NCBI GenBank assembly: GCA_041906785.1
Contig: JAYRIM010000023.1
Coordinates: 64,019 to 128,018 of the forward strand
Length of the DNA: 64,000 nucleotides
From: Candidatus Levyibacteriota bacterium
GTDB lineage: Bacteria; Patescibacteriota; Microgenomatia; Levybacterales; UBA12049
Direction of reading: 5' to 3'
Positions 28,141 to 37,145 of the stretch are shown here, piece by piece. The translations under genes and the position numbers were made by a program. The number at the start of each line of letters is the position of its first letter. Position 1 is the first letter of the stretch. Under the pieces are notes generated by a model, which saw only the letters and a list, made by a program, of their open reading frames with translations, searched no databases and was not told the DNA's origin.

Positions 28141-28923
28141 TCAATGTTCTTCTTCAATGAATTGCATTAATCTTATTAGTTCCTTATAAATATTCATTGT
28201 TCCATACTCATCATGCAAATCTGCCGTATCTCTTCTTTCTTGAGCTTCAGATTTTGTTAATTCCCTCGTTCGACCTGCATACGGTGTGAATGTATAAGTT
28301 AGTTGCCCTTCTTCAGCCTGTCTTGCGGTAAATAAACCGAAATGTCTTGTATCTAACATTGTAGTACCTCCAAAAGGATCTCTTGAATCATTAAATCCTA
28401 AAACATGTGCCTCTTCTATCTCATCAGGGTAATATACTTTAGCAATTGTCTGCATAACAAGAGGGAATTCAAAACAATTTGTTCTTCCATGCAGGGCTCT
28501 ATCTACTACTGAACCAAAATTTCCGAAGAAACCTGCTTTCACCATTGCTAGTGGATTTGCACCAAGGTTAACCGACAAATGTGGATATATATTTCCATTT
28601 TTTTTATTTAATTCATCTAATACAGAAAAAAAGTTTTTCTTTGGTAAATTCGCTAACTGTAACTCTTCGCGTAGCACTTGTGACGTCGCTGCAGATACTC
28701 CTGAAATATATGGATCACATGATTTTGTTGCAGGCTGCAATGTAGTATATCGCATTAATGCATGTATAAATTGTTTTTCATGAGATCTCAACGAAGGATT
28801 TCGTTCAATTCTTAGCAGATCTGTAGCTTGAATTGCTTTTGCTTCATGAACAGATTGTGTGATGCTATCTCTTTCTCCTCTAAACATGAAGCACATTCTA
28901 GTAGAAACCGTATCTGAGAGCAA
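28141..28923 (-). CDS. Hypothetical soluble protein (no family recognised)
   Basis: 260-aa ORF with coding-like composition, tightly linked upstream of tsaD. No motif recognised by eye. Confidence 0.4.
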   Translation of the reverse strand: MLSDTVSTRMCFMFRGERDSITQSVHEAKAIQATDLLRIERNPSLRSHEKQFIHALMRYTTLQPATKSCDPYISGVSAATSQVLREELQLANLPKKNFFSVLDELNKKNGNIYPHLSVNLGANPLAMVKAGFFGNFGSVVDRALHGRTNCFEFPLVMQTIAKVYYPDEIEEAHVLGFNDSRDPFGGTTMLDTRHFGLFTARQAEEGQLTYTFTPYAGRTRELTKSEAQERRDTADLHDEYGTMNIYKELIRLMQFIEEEH

Positions 28924-28937
28924 TAGTATACATTTAC

Positions 28938-30095
28938 TTAATAGTACAGCTCAGGATCAGCAATCACTTTTTCCCAGGAAGTAAAATTCCGATTATAAAA
29001 CCCTGCGGATGCGATCATGGCAGCGTTATCAGTACAAAGAGACGCAGGAGGAACAGAAAATGCCACTTTTTTTTCTGACCCTGCTATCTTTTTTTTAAAT
29101 TCTTCTACCAACTTTTTATTTGCAGCTACTCCTCCGCACATGATAAACGATGAAACATTATATTCTTCGATTGCACGCATCGTTTTTATCACAAGAGTAT
29201 CGATAATTGCTTTTTCAAGCGATGCACATAAATTATAAAGAATTTGTTTTTTTTCTTCTGGTAATGTTTCTTCTAACGCTATCTGATCCCATCCTATTTT
29301 TGCGTTTGAGGTTCGAGAAATTGGGAAGTACTGCTTCGTGAGGTTTAAAAATGATGTTTTTAACCCAGAAAAAGAGAATTCGAAATCGTGACTATTAAGC
29401 ATTGGCCGCGGAAGTGTAAATGCTTTCGGATCACCTTTTTCAGCAAGCTTCGAGATTTTCGGACCGCCTGGATAAGCATACCCTAATAATCGAGCACACT
29501 TATCAAAACACTCTCCTGCAGCATCATCGCGAGTTCCACCAATAACCTGCAAATCCCCATGATTTTTAATTAGTACTAAATCTGTATGGCCCCCAGACAC
29601 AACAAGAGCTAATGCCGGCAATTCAATATGAGCATAGGGCTTAGTGCTTAGGGCATAGGGTTGATTTTTATGCTGTTTACTCTTCGCTCTAGGCTCTACG
29701 CTCTCAGCTATCCAATTGGCATATATATGTCCATACATATGATTTACAGGAATAAGCGGAATATCCCAAATATACGAAAGGGTTTTTGCAGTTTCTACTC
29801 CTACAAGCAGAGAACCTATCAATCCAGGCCCATATGTCACAGCTATGGCATCTATATCCGGTTTTTTTTCATTAAAAACATTTGCTTTCTCTAAAGCCTC
29901 TTTAATTACTGGCTGTAAATATTTCACTTGTTCACGAGCAGCGATTTCCGGAATAACACCTCCAGTTTCAGCATGACTTGCTAGAGAAGTCGCTAAACTG
30001 TTTGATAATAACTGCACAGGCTCCATAAGACTTTTACCTTCAATAACAGCAGCCCCTGTCTCATCACAGCTTGTTTCAATACCTAAAATACGCAT
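28938..30095 (-). CDS. tsaD: tRNA N6-adenosine threonylcarbamoyltransferase TsaD (Kae1/Gcp family)
   Basis: MRILGIETSCDETGAAV…, metal-binding HMYGH-type motif (NHMYGHIYA), GGVAANKKL. Contains an about 40-aa insertion relative to typical TsaD. Confidence 0.9.
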   Translation of the reverse strand: MRILGIETSCDETGAAVIEGKSLMEPVQLLSNSLATSLASHAETGGVIPEIAAREQVKYLQPVIKEALEKANVFNEKKPDIDAIAVTYGPGLIGSLLVGVETAKTLSYIWDIPLIPVNHMYGHIYANWIAESVEPRAKSKQHKNQPYALSTKPYAHIELPALALVVSGGHTDLVLIKNHGDLQVIGGTRDDAAGECFDKCARLLGYAYPGGPKISKLAEKGDPKAFTLPRPMLNSHDFEFSFSGLKTSFLNLTKQYFPISRTSNAKIGWDQIALEETLPEEKKQILYNLCASLEKAIIDTLVIKTMRAIEEYNVSSFIMCGGVAANKKLVEEFKKKIAGSEKKVAFSVPPASLCTDNAAMIASAGFYNRNFTSWEKVIADPELYY

Positions 30096-30123
30096 AGCGA
30101 CATTGTACCTTCGTTAAGACTTA

Positions 30124-30152
30124 TTGACAAGCATTTATGATTTCTCTATACT
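30124..30152 (+). promoter_or_regulatory. Sigma70-type promoter: TTGACA (30124..30129), 17 nt, TATACT (30147..30152), upstream of greA
   Basis: Perfect -35 hexamer, 17-nt spacer, 5/6 -10 hexamer, about 65 nt upstream of the greA start. Lies in the divergent tsaD/greA intergenic region. Confidence 0.45.
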
Positions 30153-30217
30153 TTGTGTGATTATGATTTTGTCTCTTCTGAACTAGAGCTTTCGGAAGAG
30201 CTTTTCTTTTATAAACT

Positions 30218-30688
30218 ATGCCAATGAACGCCAAGAAAATCTTCCTCACCCAAAAAGGATTAGATGAATTAAAAAAAGAATATGATGAATTACTCCATCA
30301 TAAACGCCCAGAAGTTGTACAACGAGTTGCAGCAGCACGAGAAATGGGCGACCTTTCTGAAAATGCCGAATATTCAGCAGCACGGGAAGAGTTGGCATTC
30401 ATTGATGGACGAATAGAAGAACTCGAAGAATTATTAAAGCAGGTTAATGTCATTAGTGATCAAACAGCCTCAAATCAAGTAAAACTCGGCAGTGTTGTCA
30501 CAGTGAAACATAATGGAAATAAAACAGTATATTCTGTTGTCGGGGAATGGGAAGCTGATCCTGCAGAAAAGAAAATATCACATGAGTCCCCTCTTGGAAA
30601 AGCACTCATGGGTAAAGCTGTTGGTGAAACTGTCGATGTTCAGGCTCCAGCTGGAAAAATCGCTTATACAATAGTTGAAATTCAATAA
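30218..30688 (+). CDS. greA: Transcription elongation factor GreA
   Basis: LTQKGLDELKKEYDELL…GDLSENAEYSAAREELAFIDGRIEELE, C-terminal FKBP-like domain. Confidence 0.9.
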   Translation: MPMNAKKIFLTQKGLDELKKEYDELLHHKRPEVVQRVAAAREMGDLSENAEYSAAREELAFIDGRIEELEELLKQVNVISDQTASNQVKLGSVVTVKHNGNKTVYSVVGEWEADPAEKKISHESPLGKALMGKAVGETVDVQAPAGKIAYTIVEIQ

Positions 30689-30714
30689 CCTCCTTTACAT
30701 GGAGGAAAGATATT

Positions 30715-30906
30715 GTGAATACTATTTCTCCCGAACTTATTAAAGCATTAAAAGCACATACTATAACTCCTCTTGATCTTCATACTTCTTATGAAGAAAT
30801 GTATAAAGCAAAAACAGGTACTTCATGGAAAATAAAAAAAAAGAATGTAACTATAACCATTATAAAAAACAGCGAAAATAGTTATACTGTACAAACAGAT
30901 CAATAA
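30715..30906 (+). CDS. Small hypothetical protein (63 aa), GTG start
   Basis: GGAGG Shine-Dalgarno 9 nt upstream of GTG at 30715. Sits between greA and tdh with 7-nt spacing to tdh. No family recognised. Confidence 0.35.
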   Translation: MNTISPELIKALKAHTITPLDLHTSYEEMYKAKTGTSWKIKKKNVTITIIKNSENSYTVQTDQ

Positions 30907-30913
30907 TTTTTAT

Positions 30914-31933
30914 ATGGCAGATAAAACAATGCTCGCAGTCATAAAAGAAAAACCCCAGGCAGGTGTCGTGCTTAAACAAGTTCCAATACCAGAAACGAAA
31001 CAAGAAGAGGTGCTTGTGAAAGTTAAAGCCGCATCTATCTGTGGAACTGACGTTAGTATTTATAATTGTACTCCATGGGCTGAAGGTCATATTACCCCCC
31101 CAATTATCATAGGCCATGAAATTGTCGGTGAAGTTCTAGAAATAAATACATCGCTTCCCACCCATATTAAAAAAGGAGATCTTGTATCCTCAGAAACTCA
31201 TATTTTCTGTAATACATGCTATCAATGTTTAATAAATAACAGACATGTATGCGAAAAAATGGAACTTTTCGGCATAGGAAGGAATGGAAGTTTTGCTGAA
31301 TATGCTACTATACCTCTTCGGACGACTTGGAAAAATGATCCTTCTATTCCGCTTAATGTTATGAGCGTTCAAGAACCACTAGGAAATGCTGTTCACGTCG
31401 TGACAAAAGCACAAGTAGCAGGAAAGACTGTCTGTGTTTTCGGTCTAGGACCTACTGGTTTATGTGCTGTAGCTGCAGCAAAAGCATATGGCGCAAAGAA
31501 AGTCATAGGAGTAAACCGTGGTGAATATAGAAGAAATCTTGCTATGAAAATCGGTGCTGACGAAGTATACGATACATTACCTGAAACATATAATAATGGC
31601 TGTGATGTAGTTTTAGAGATGTCAGGTAATGCTCATGTTTTACAAGCTGCTTTGACTGCAGTTCGCATCGCAGGAACATTAGTCTTTTTCGGTATTCCGA
31701 AAGAACCAGCTACTATAGACATCGGAAAGTTTTTGATTAATAAAGAGATTAATACACATAGTGTTTTCGGAAGGCGTATCTGGGAAACATGGTTCCAAGT
31801 AACAGATGTACTTGTTAATAAGAAAGTTGATTTAGAACCAATGGTAACTCACACATTTACACTTTCTGAATTTGAAAAAGCTATGGATGTTATGAAAAGT
31901 GGAGAATGTGGAAAAATTCTTCTCATACCATGA
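30914..31933 (+). CDS. tdh: L-threonine 3-dehydrogenase (zinc-dependent MDR family)
   Basis: [42 protein letters not shown] Rossmann motif. Classic tdh-kbl pairing downstream. Confidence 0.85.
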   Translation: MADKTMLAVIKEKPQAGVVLKQVPIPETKQEEVLVKVKAASICGTDVSIYNCTPWAEGHITPPIIIGHEIVGEVLEINTSLPTHIKKGDLVSSETHIFCNTCYQCLINNRHVCEKMELFGIGRNGSFAEYATIPLRTTWKNDPSIPLNVMSVQEPLGNAVHVVTKAQVAGKTVCVFGLGPTGLCAVAAAKAYGAKKVIGVNRGEYRRNLAMKIGADEVYDTLPETYNNGCDVVLEMSGNAHVLQAALTAVRIAGTLVFFGIPKEPATIDIGKFLINKEINTHSVFGRRIWETWFQVTDVLVNKKVDLEPMVTHTFTLSEFEKAMDVMKSGECGKILLIP

Positions 31934-33120
31934 AAGATTTCTACTCATATCTACATACTCAATTAGCAGATAAAACCGTTCCTACAGTCGAATCAGGCCA
32001 AGGAGCTTATTTAACAATTAATGGCAAGAAAAAGCTGAATCTTTGCTCAAATAATTATCTTGGATTTGCTGCAGATGAAAGATTAAAAAAAGCTGCTATA
32101 AAAGCAATCGAACAATATGGGGTAGGTACAGGTTCTGTACGTGCTTTATCAGGAACAAATACGCTACATATACAACTTGAGGATGCACTTGCGAAGTTCA
32201 AATATGCAGAAGGATGTATCGTTCTCACAGGAGGGTATATGGCAAATCTTGCAGCAATTCAAACGCTTATTGGGAAAGAAGATATAGTTATTTCGGATGA
32301 GTTAAATCATGCTTCTATTATTGACGCCATTCGGTTATCTGCAGTGAAAAACAAATTTATCTATAAACATGCCGATATGACCGACTTGGAGAGCAAACTG
32401 CAGGAAGCAAATAAAGTAGCACAGAATCCGAAATCAGATGGTCAACAGCCACTCATGTTACTTGTTACGGACGGTGTTTTTTCGATGGATGGTGATCTCG
32501 CACCATTACCACAAATTGTGACTTTAGCGAAACAATATAATGCAGTTACTATGGTTGACGATGCTCATGGTGAAGGTGTTCTTGGTACTCATGGACGTGG
32601 TATTGTTGATCATTTTAACCTTCACGGACAAATAGATATTGAAGTGGGAACATTATCGAAAGCATTTGGCGTCATGGGAGGATTTATTACTGGGAAAAAA
32701 GACCTTATTACATTTTACCGGCAAAAAGCTCGACAGTTTCTTTTCTCGAATGGATTATCTATTCCTGATACAGCCGCACTATTAGAGTCAGTTACTATTC
32801 TTGCAGAGTCTGACGAAGAAGTTAAAAAATTATGGAATAATGCGAAGTATATAAAAGAAAATCTTATTGCAGCGGGTTTTGATTGTGGAAAGTCAGAGAC
32901 GCCAATAACACCTGTTATGTTAGGTAACGAGGATACTGCCAAAAACTTTAGTGCAAAATTACTTGAACATGATGTATTCGCGACACCTATTGTATTTCCA
33001 ATGGTTCCAAAAGGGAAAGCCCGTATTCGTGTTATGCCTTCATCATCTCACGAGTTGAAGGATTTAGATTTCGGAATATCTATATTTAAAAAAGTTGCAC
33101 AGGATATGCAGATACTTTAG
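31930..33120 (+). CDS. kbl: 2-amino-3-ketobutyrate CoA ligase (glycine C-acetyltransferase)
   Basis: Full-length PLP-dependent aminotransferase class-II fold: [11 protein letters not shown]…[17 protein letters not shown]…[11 protein letters not shown]…VDDAHGEG…TLSKAF. ATG at 31930 overlaps the tdh stop (ATGA). The track ORF starts further upstream at 31906. Confidence 0.85.
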   Translation: MKDFYSYLHTQLADKTVPTVESGQGAYLTINGKKKLNLCSNNYLGFAADERLKKAAIKAIEQYGVGTGSVRALSGTNTLHIQLEDALAKFKYAEGCIVLTGGYMANLAAIQTLIGKEDIVISDELNHASIIDAIRLSAVKNKFIYKHADMTDLESKLQEANKVAQNPKSDGQQPLMLLVTDGVFSMDGDLAPLPQIVTLAKQYNAVTMVDDAHGEGVLGTHGRGIVDHFNLHGQIDIEVGTLSKAFGVMGGFITGKKDLITFYRQKARQFLFSNGLSIPDTAALLESVTILAESDEEVKKLWNNAKYIKENLIAAGFDCGKSETPITPVMLGNEDTAKNFSAKLLEHDVFATPIVFPMVPKGKARIRVMPSSSHELKDLDFGISIFKKVAQDMQIL

Positions 33121-33151
33121 CCTCAATTTCTGCTATAATAAACCTCATCGT

Positions 33152-34330
33152 ATGGCTAGAAAAAGAATATCAGAATTCCGTGCAAAGACACTTCTCTATC
33201 AAGAACTTGGTGTCCCATATACAGGTATACAAGTCACCAATAAAAATCTTCCATTATTTCTCAATTCTCAATTCTCAACTCTCAATTCCGATCAGTATGT
33301 TGTAAAAGTAGATCAAGGTGTAAAAGGTCGATTTAAAAAAGGTCTCGTGTTACTCAACCAAACAGCTGAACAATTACCAAGAGCCTTAGAACAATTAAAA
33401 CAAAAAGGTTACTCTCAATTCCTCATCGAAGAAATGACCTCTCATGAACCATCAGACGAGAAATATCTTTCTATTGAAAGAGTGAGAGAAGGATATAAAA
33501 TTTTCTATTCTAAAACAGGTGGAGTGAATATCGAAGAATCTGGACATGTCAAACAAATAATTATTCCTTATTCAGAAGATTACTCAATGCAGACCGAAGA
33601 AATCGATTCAAATTTCCTACGCCAATTATTAAAAACCTTTGATACATACTATTTCTCATTCCTCGAAATTAATCCATACATAATACTTGATACAAAATAC
33701 TTACTACTTGACGCAGCTGTTGAAGTAGATAGCACAGCTGCTTTTTTCGTAAATAATGCATGGACTGAAAAGGATTTTACGGATGGGAGTATTAGGGAAA
33801 AAACTCCTGAAGAAAAGAATGTACAAAAACTAGCAGAAAACAGCCAAGCAGCATTCTCTCTCGAAGTTTTAAATCCAAATGGAAGTATTTTCATGATGTT
33901 ATCAGGAGGTGGCGCGAGTATCGTTCTTGCCGATGAGGTTTATAACGAAGGATACGGAAAAGAACTTGCAAACTATGGCGAATACAGTGGTAACCCAAAC
34001 GCAGAAGAAACATATATCTATGCAAAAAATCTTTTATCTCTTCTTCTACGATCAATTGCCAAAAAGAAGGTATTAATTATCGCAGGTGGTGTAGCGAATT
34101 TCACTGACGTCAGAATAACGTTTAAAGGTTTGATTAAAGCTCTAGATGAAGTCAAAACTCAGCTTCAGACACAAAATATACAGGTATTTGTCAGACGAGG
34201 AGGCCCTTATCAAGAAGAAGGTTTGCAACTTATGAAGCAGTTTCTTGAACAAAACCATTTATTAGGAGTAATAGCAGGACCTGAAATGGTATTAACTGAT
34301 ATTATTACGAAAGCAACTCAATCATTATGA
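33152..34330 (+). CDS. aclB: ATP-citrate lyase small (beta) subunit-like ATP-grasp protein
   Basis: Aligns with the N-terminal part of eukaryotic ACLY / Chlorobium AclB: KRISEFRAKTLLY, FLEINPY, LNPNGSIFMMLSGGGASIVLADE…ELANYGEYSGNPNAEETYIYAKNLLSLL, IIAGGVANFTDV…FKGLIKAL, VFVRRGGPYQEEGLQLM. ATG at 33152; the track ORF starts at an upstream TTG (33095). Confidence 0.75.
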   Translation: MARKRISEFRAKTLLYQELGVPYTGIQVTNKNLPLFLNSQFSTLNSDQYVVKVDQGVKGRFKKGLVLLNQTAEQLPRALEQLKQKGYSQFLIEEMTSHEPSDEKYLSIERVREGYKIFYSKTGGVNIEESGHVKQIIIPYSEDYSMQTEEIDSNFLRQLLKTFDTYYFSFLEINPYIILDTKYLLLDAAVEVDSTAAFFVNNAWTEKDFTDGSIREKTPEEKNVQKLAENSQAAFSLEVLNPNGSIFMMLSGGGASIVLADEVYNEGYGKELANYGEYSGNPNAEETYIYAKNLLSLLLRSIAKKKVLIIAGGVANFTDVRITFKGLIKALDEVKTQLQTQNIQVFVRRGGPYQEEGLQLMKQFLEQNHLLGVIAGPEMVLTDIITKATQSL

Positions 34331-36120
34331 TCGATATCGAATTATTACGAAATACGAAACATAAGATAATCTGTATTGGTTCGCATAAGCCGATCATTCA
34401 ATCAATGTTCGATTTTGATTTCCTCTCCGGAAAAACAGAACCAAGTATTATATGTATTATCGCTTCAGGAAGACGATTTGAACGCTATTTCTTTGGAAAA
34501 GAAGAAGTTCTTATTCCGGTATATGACTCTATAGAAAAAATTCCAGCCAGTATCAAAAAAAGTCTCACATTGTTTTTTAATACAACATCTGCTCGTCGGG
34601 CGAAGCAGAGTAGTATCGATATTCTAGAATCAATGCCCAATCTTCTTGGAGGAACTATTTTTGCAGAGGATGTTCCTGAGAAACACGCTTTAGAGTTAAC
34701 TCAATTTGTGAGTAAAAAAAAGCAATGGATTGTCGGACCAGCTAGTGTTGGTTTTATTATCCCTGAGTCTTTTAAAATTGGGGCAATAGGAGGAACTGAC
34801 TATAGACAGCTCGTCGCTTCAAATGTGTTAACTTCAGGAAATGTCGCTATTCTTTCTGCTTCTGGAGGCATGGTAAATGAAATAATTCGTATCTCAGGAC
34901 AAAATGAAAAAGCAATCTCCTTTTCATTATCGTTCGGTGGAGATCGATTTCCTATTCTTTCTCCGAAAGAAGCATTTCTGGCTGCGGAGAAAGATGCTCA
35001 GACCGAACATATCCTTTATTACGGAGAATTAGGAGGAAATGATGAATATGATATTATCGATTTAGTAACCTCAAAAAAGCTTACAAAACCTATTATCTGT
35101 TATATAGCAGGCACTGTTTCAGACCTTTTTGAAACCCCCCCACAATTCGGCCATGCGAAAGCAATGGCAAAATCCCAAGGTGAAAGCGCGAAAGAGAAAC
35201 GGGAAGCGATGAGAAATGCAGGAATAACAGTTGCTGAGACATTCGGCCAATTTGTGGGATATGTTAAACAAATACCATCGAAAAACTTGGTAGAAAAAGA
35301 TAAGTATAGTACAATGATGCAAACTATGACTGACAGAAAATCAGCTCTCATAACCTCAACGATTTCTTCCGATCGAGAAGGTGATGCTACTATTCTGGGA
35401 GAAAATCTGCTCTCTTTCGCAGAAACACGTACTTTCGCTGGAATAGTAAGTTCCCTATTTCTAGGCAAAAAAGATGTTTCGAAAGATTTAGAGACATTTA
35501 TAGATTTCGTACTTCGGTTATTAGTGGACCATGGGCCATATGTTTCAGGAGCTCTCAATACTATTGTTACCGCAAGGGCAGGAAAAGACCTCGTCTCATC
35601 TCTCTCTGCTGGTTTACTTACAATTGGCCCGCGTTTTGGCGGTGCTATCAATCAAGCTGCTATGAATTGGTTACAAGGTGTGATCGAACAAAAAAATGCA
35701 TACAATTTCGTAGAAGAATTCGCAAGTCAGAAGATATATATCTCTGGCATTGGACATCGTAAATATCGTATAGATTTTCCAGATCCACGAGTTACTGCTC
35801 TTTTAGAACATGCAAAACATCTTGAAAAAAAACGATTTACATATTTTGCCTTAGAGGTCCAAAAGATTACTACATCAAAAAAAGGTAATCTTATTTTGAA
35901 TGTTGATGGTGCAATCGCTGCAATACTTCTAGATATCCTTTCTGAAAAAGAAGGTATGTCAGATCACGAATTAAAACAACTCACTGAAACAGAATTTTTC
36001 AATTCTTTATTCGTACTTTCAAGATCCGTCGGCTTTATCGCCCATTATCTCGACCAGAAACGACTCGATGAAGGCTTATTACGATTACCAGATGAGTTAG
36101 TAAGTACAAGCGAAATATAA
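34327..36120 (+). CDS. aclA: ATP-citrate lyase large (alpha) subunit-like protein (CoA-binding/succinyl-CoA-synthetase-alpha-like + citryl-CoA-lyase domains)
   Basis: Phosphohistidine loop [32 protein letters not shown] (ACLY: [30 protein letters not shown]). Citrate-synthase-like C-terminus [47 protein letters not shown] (ACLY: [44 protein letters not shown]). Start overlaps the aclB stop (ATGA). Confidence 0.75.
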   Translation: [597 protein letters not shown]

Positions 36121-36173
36121 CTAGAAAAGTAATTTATTACTATGTTCAGTTTAAATTAAAAATAGTAATTATT

Positions 36174-37145
36174 ATGCATGTCTATACAGATTATCAGCTC
36201 TCAGATACCCTATGGTATAAAATCGGTGGAAAAGCGAGATATTTTATCCAAGCCTCAAGCAAAGAAGAAATTATACAAGCGGTAGAGTTTATTCACGAAA
36301 AAGGAGTTAAAAAAATATTTGTATGTGGATTAGGTTCAAATGTTGTCTTTACAGATGGCTTCTTTGATGGTGCTGTCATCCAGATAACGACACCTGATAA
36401 AAAAGATATTACACTTTTAGATGATAATCACATACAAGCGTTTGCGGGGGTGTTACTTGACGATGTTATAAATGTAGGATTTGAGAACCAACTTGTAGGT
36501 CTTGAATGGGCAGGAGGTTTACCTGGAACTGTAGGCGCTGCTGTGAGAGGCAATGTCGGAGCATATGGTGGGGAAATAAAAGATATTCTTCAAGAAGCTG
36601 AGGTTCTTATGCTTCTTGATGATGAAACATATGAGATAAAACGCTATACAAATGCAGAATTACGATTTACCTATCGGGGAAGCCTTATTAAAGAAAATCA
36701 TGGAAGAATGATCATACTTTCAGCTCTATTTAAACTCAAACGTGCATCTGAAAACGAACTTGTTGAAGCGAAACATATATACGAAAAGCATATTCAACAA
36801 CGAAAAGAGCGACATCCGCTCGAATATCCAAACACAGGATCCGTATTTAAAAATATTCGTGAACCTGAAAAAGTTGCTGAAATTATTAAAAAATTTCCTG
36901 AAATAAAAGATTTGGTTAAAGAAAAATGGTTTAATAAAGTTGCAGTAGCTTATTTCATTCAGAAATTTGGTTTACAAGGATATCGCGTTGGTGATGCGCA
37001 AATTTCAAAAAAACATGCACTCTTTATAGTTAATCTCGGCAAAGCTACAGCAAACGATGTGAAACAAGTCATTGAAAGAGTACAATCCACATGTAAAGAA
37101 ATGTTTGGATTCCCACTAGAAACCGAGGTTGAGATAGTAACATGA
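36174..37145 (+). CDS. murB: UDP-N-acetylenolpyruvoylglucosamine reductase
   Basis: FAD-binding domain (KIGGKARYFI…VCGLGSNVVF) and C-terminal MurB domain. Confidence 0.85.
   Translation: MHVYTDYQLSDTLWYKIGGKARYFIQASSKEEIIQAVEFIHEKGVKKIFVCGLGSNVVFTDGFFDGAVIQITTPDKKDITLLDDNHIQAFAGVLLDDVINVGFENQLVGLEWAGGLPGTVGAAVRGNVGAYGGEIKDILQEAEVLMLLDDETYEIKRYTNAELRFTYRGSLIKENHGRMIILSALFKLKRASENELVEAKHIYEKHIQQRKERHPLEYPNTGSVFKNIREPEKVAEIIKKFPEIKDLVKEKWFNKVAVAYFIQKFGLQGYRVGDAQISKKHALFIVNLGKATANDVKQVIERVQSTCKEMFGFPLETEVEIVT

Noticed and set aside
35100-35651. 183-aa minus-strand ORF
   Set aside because: Antisense within aclA, whose + strand product aligns along its length to ATP-citrate lyase.
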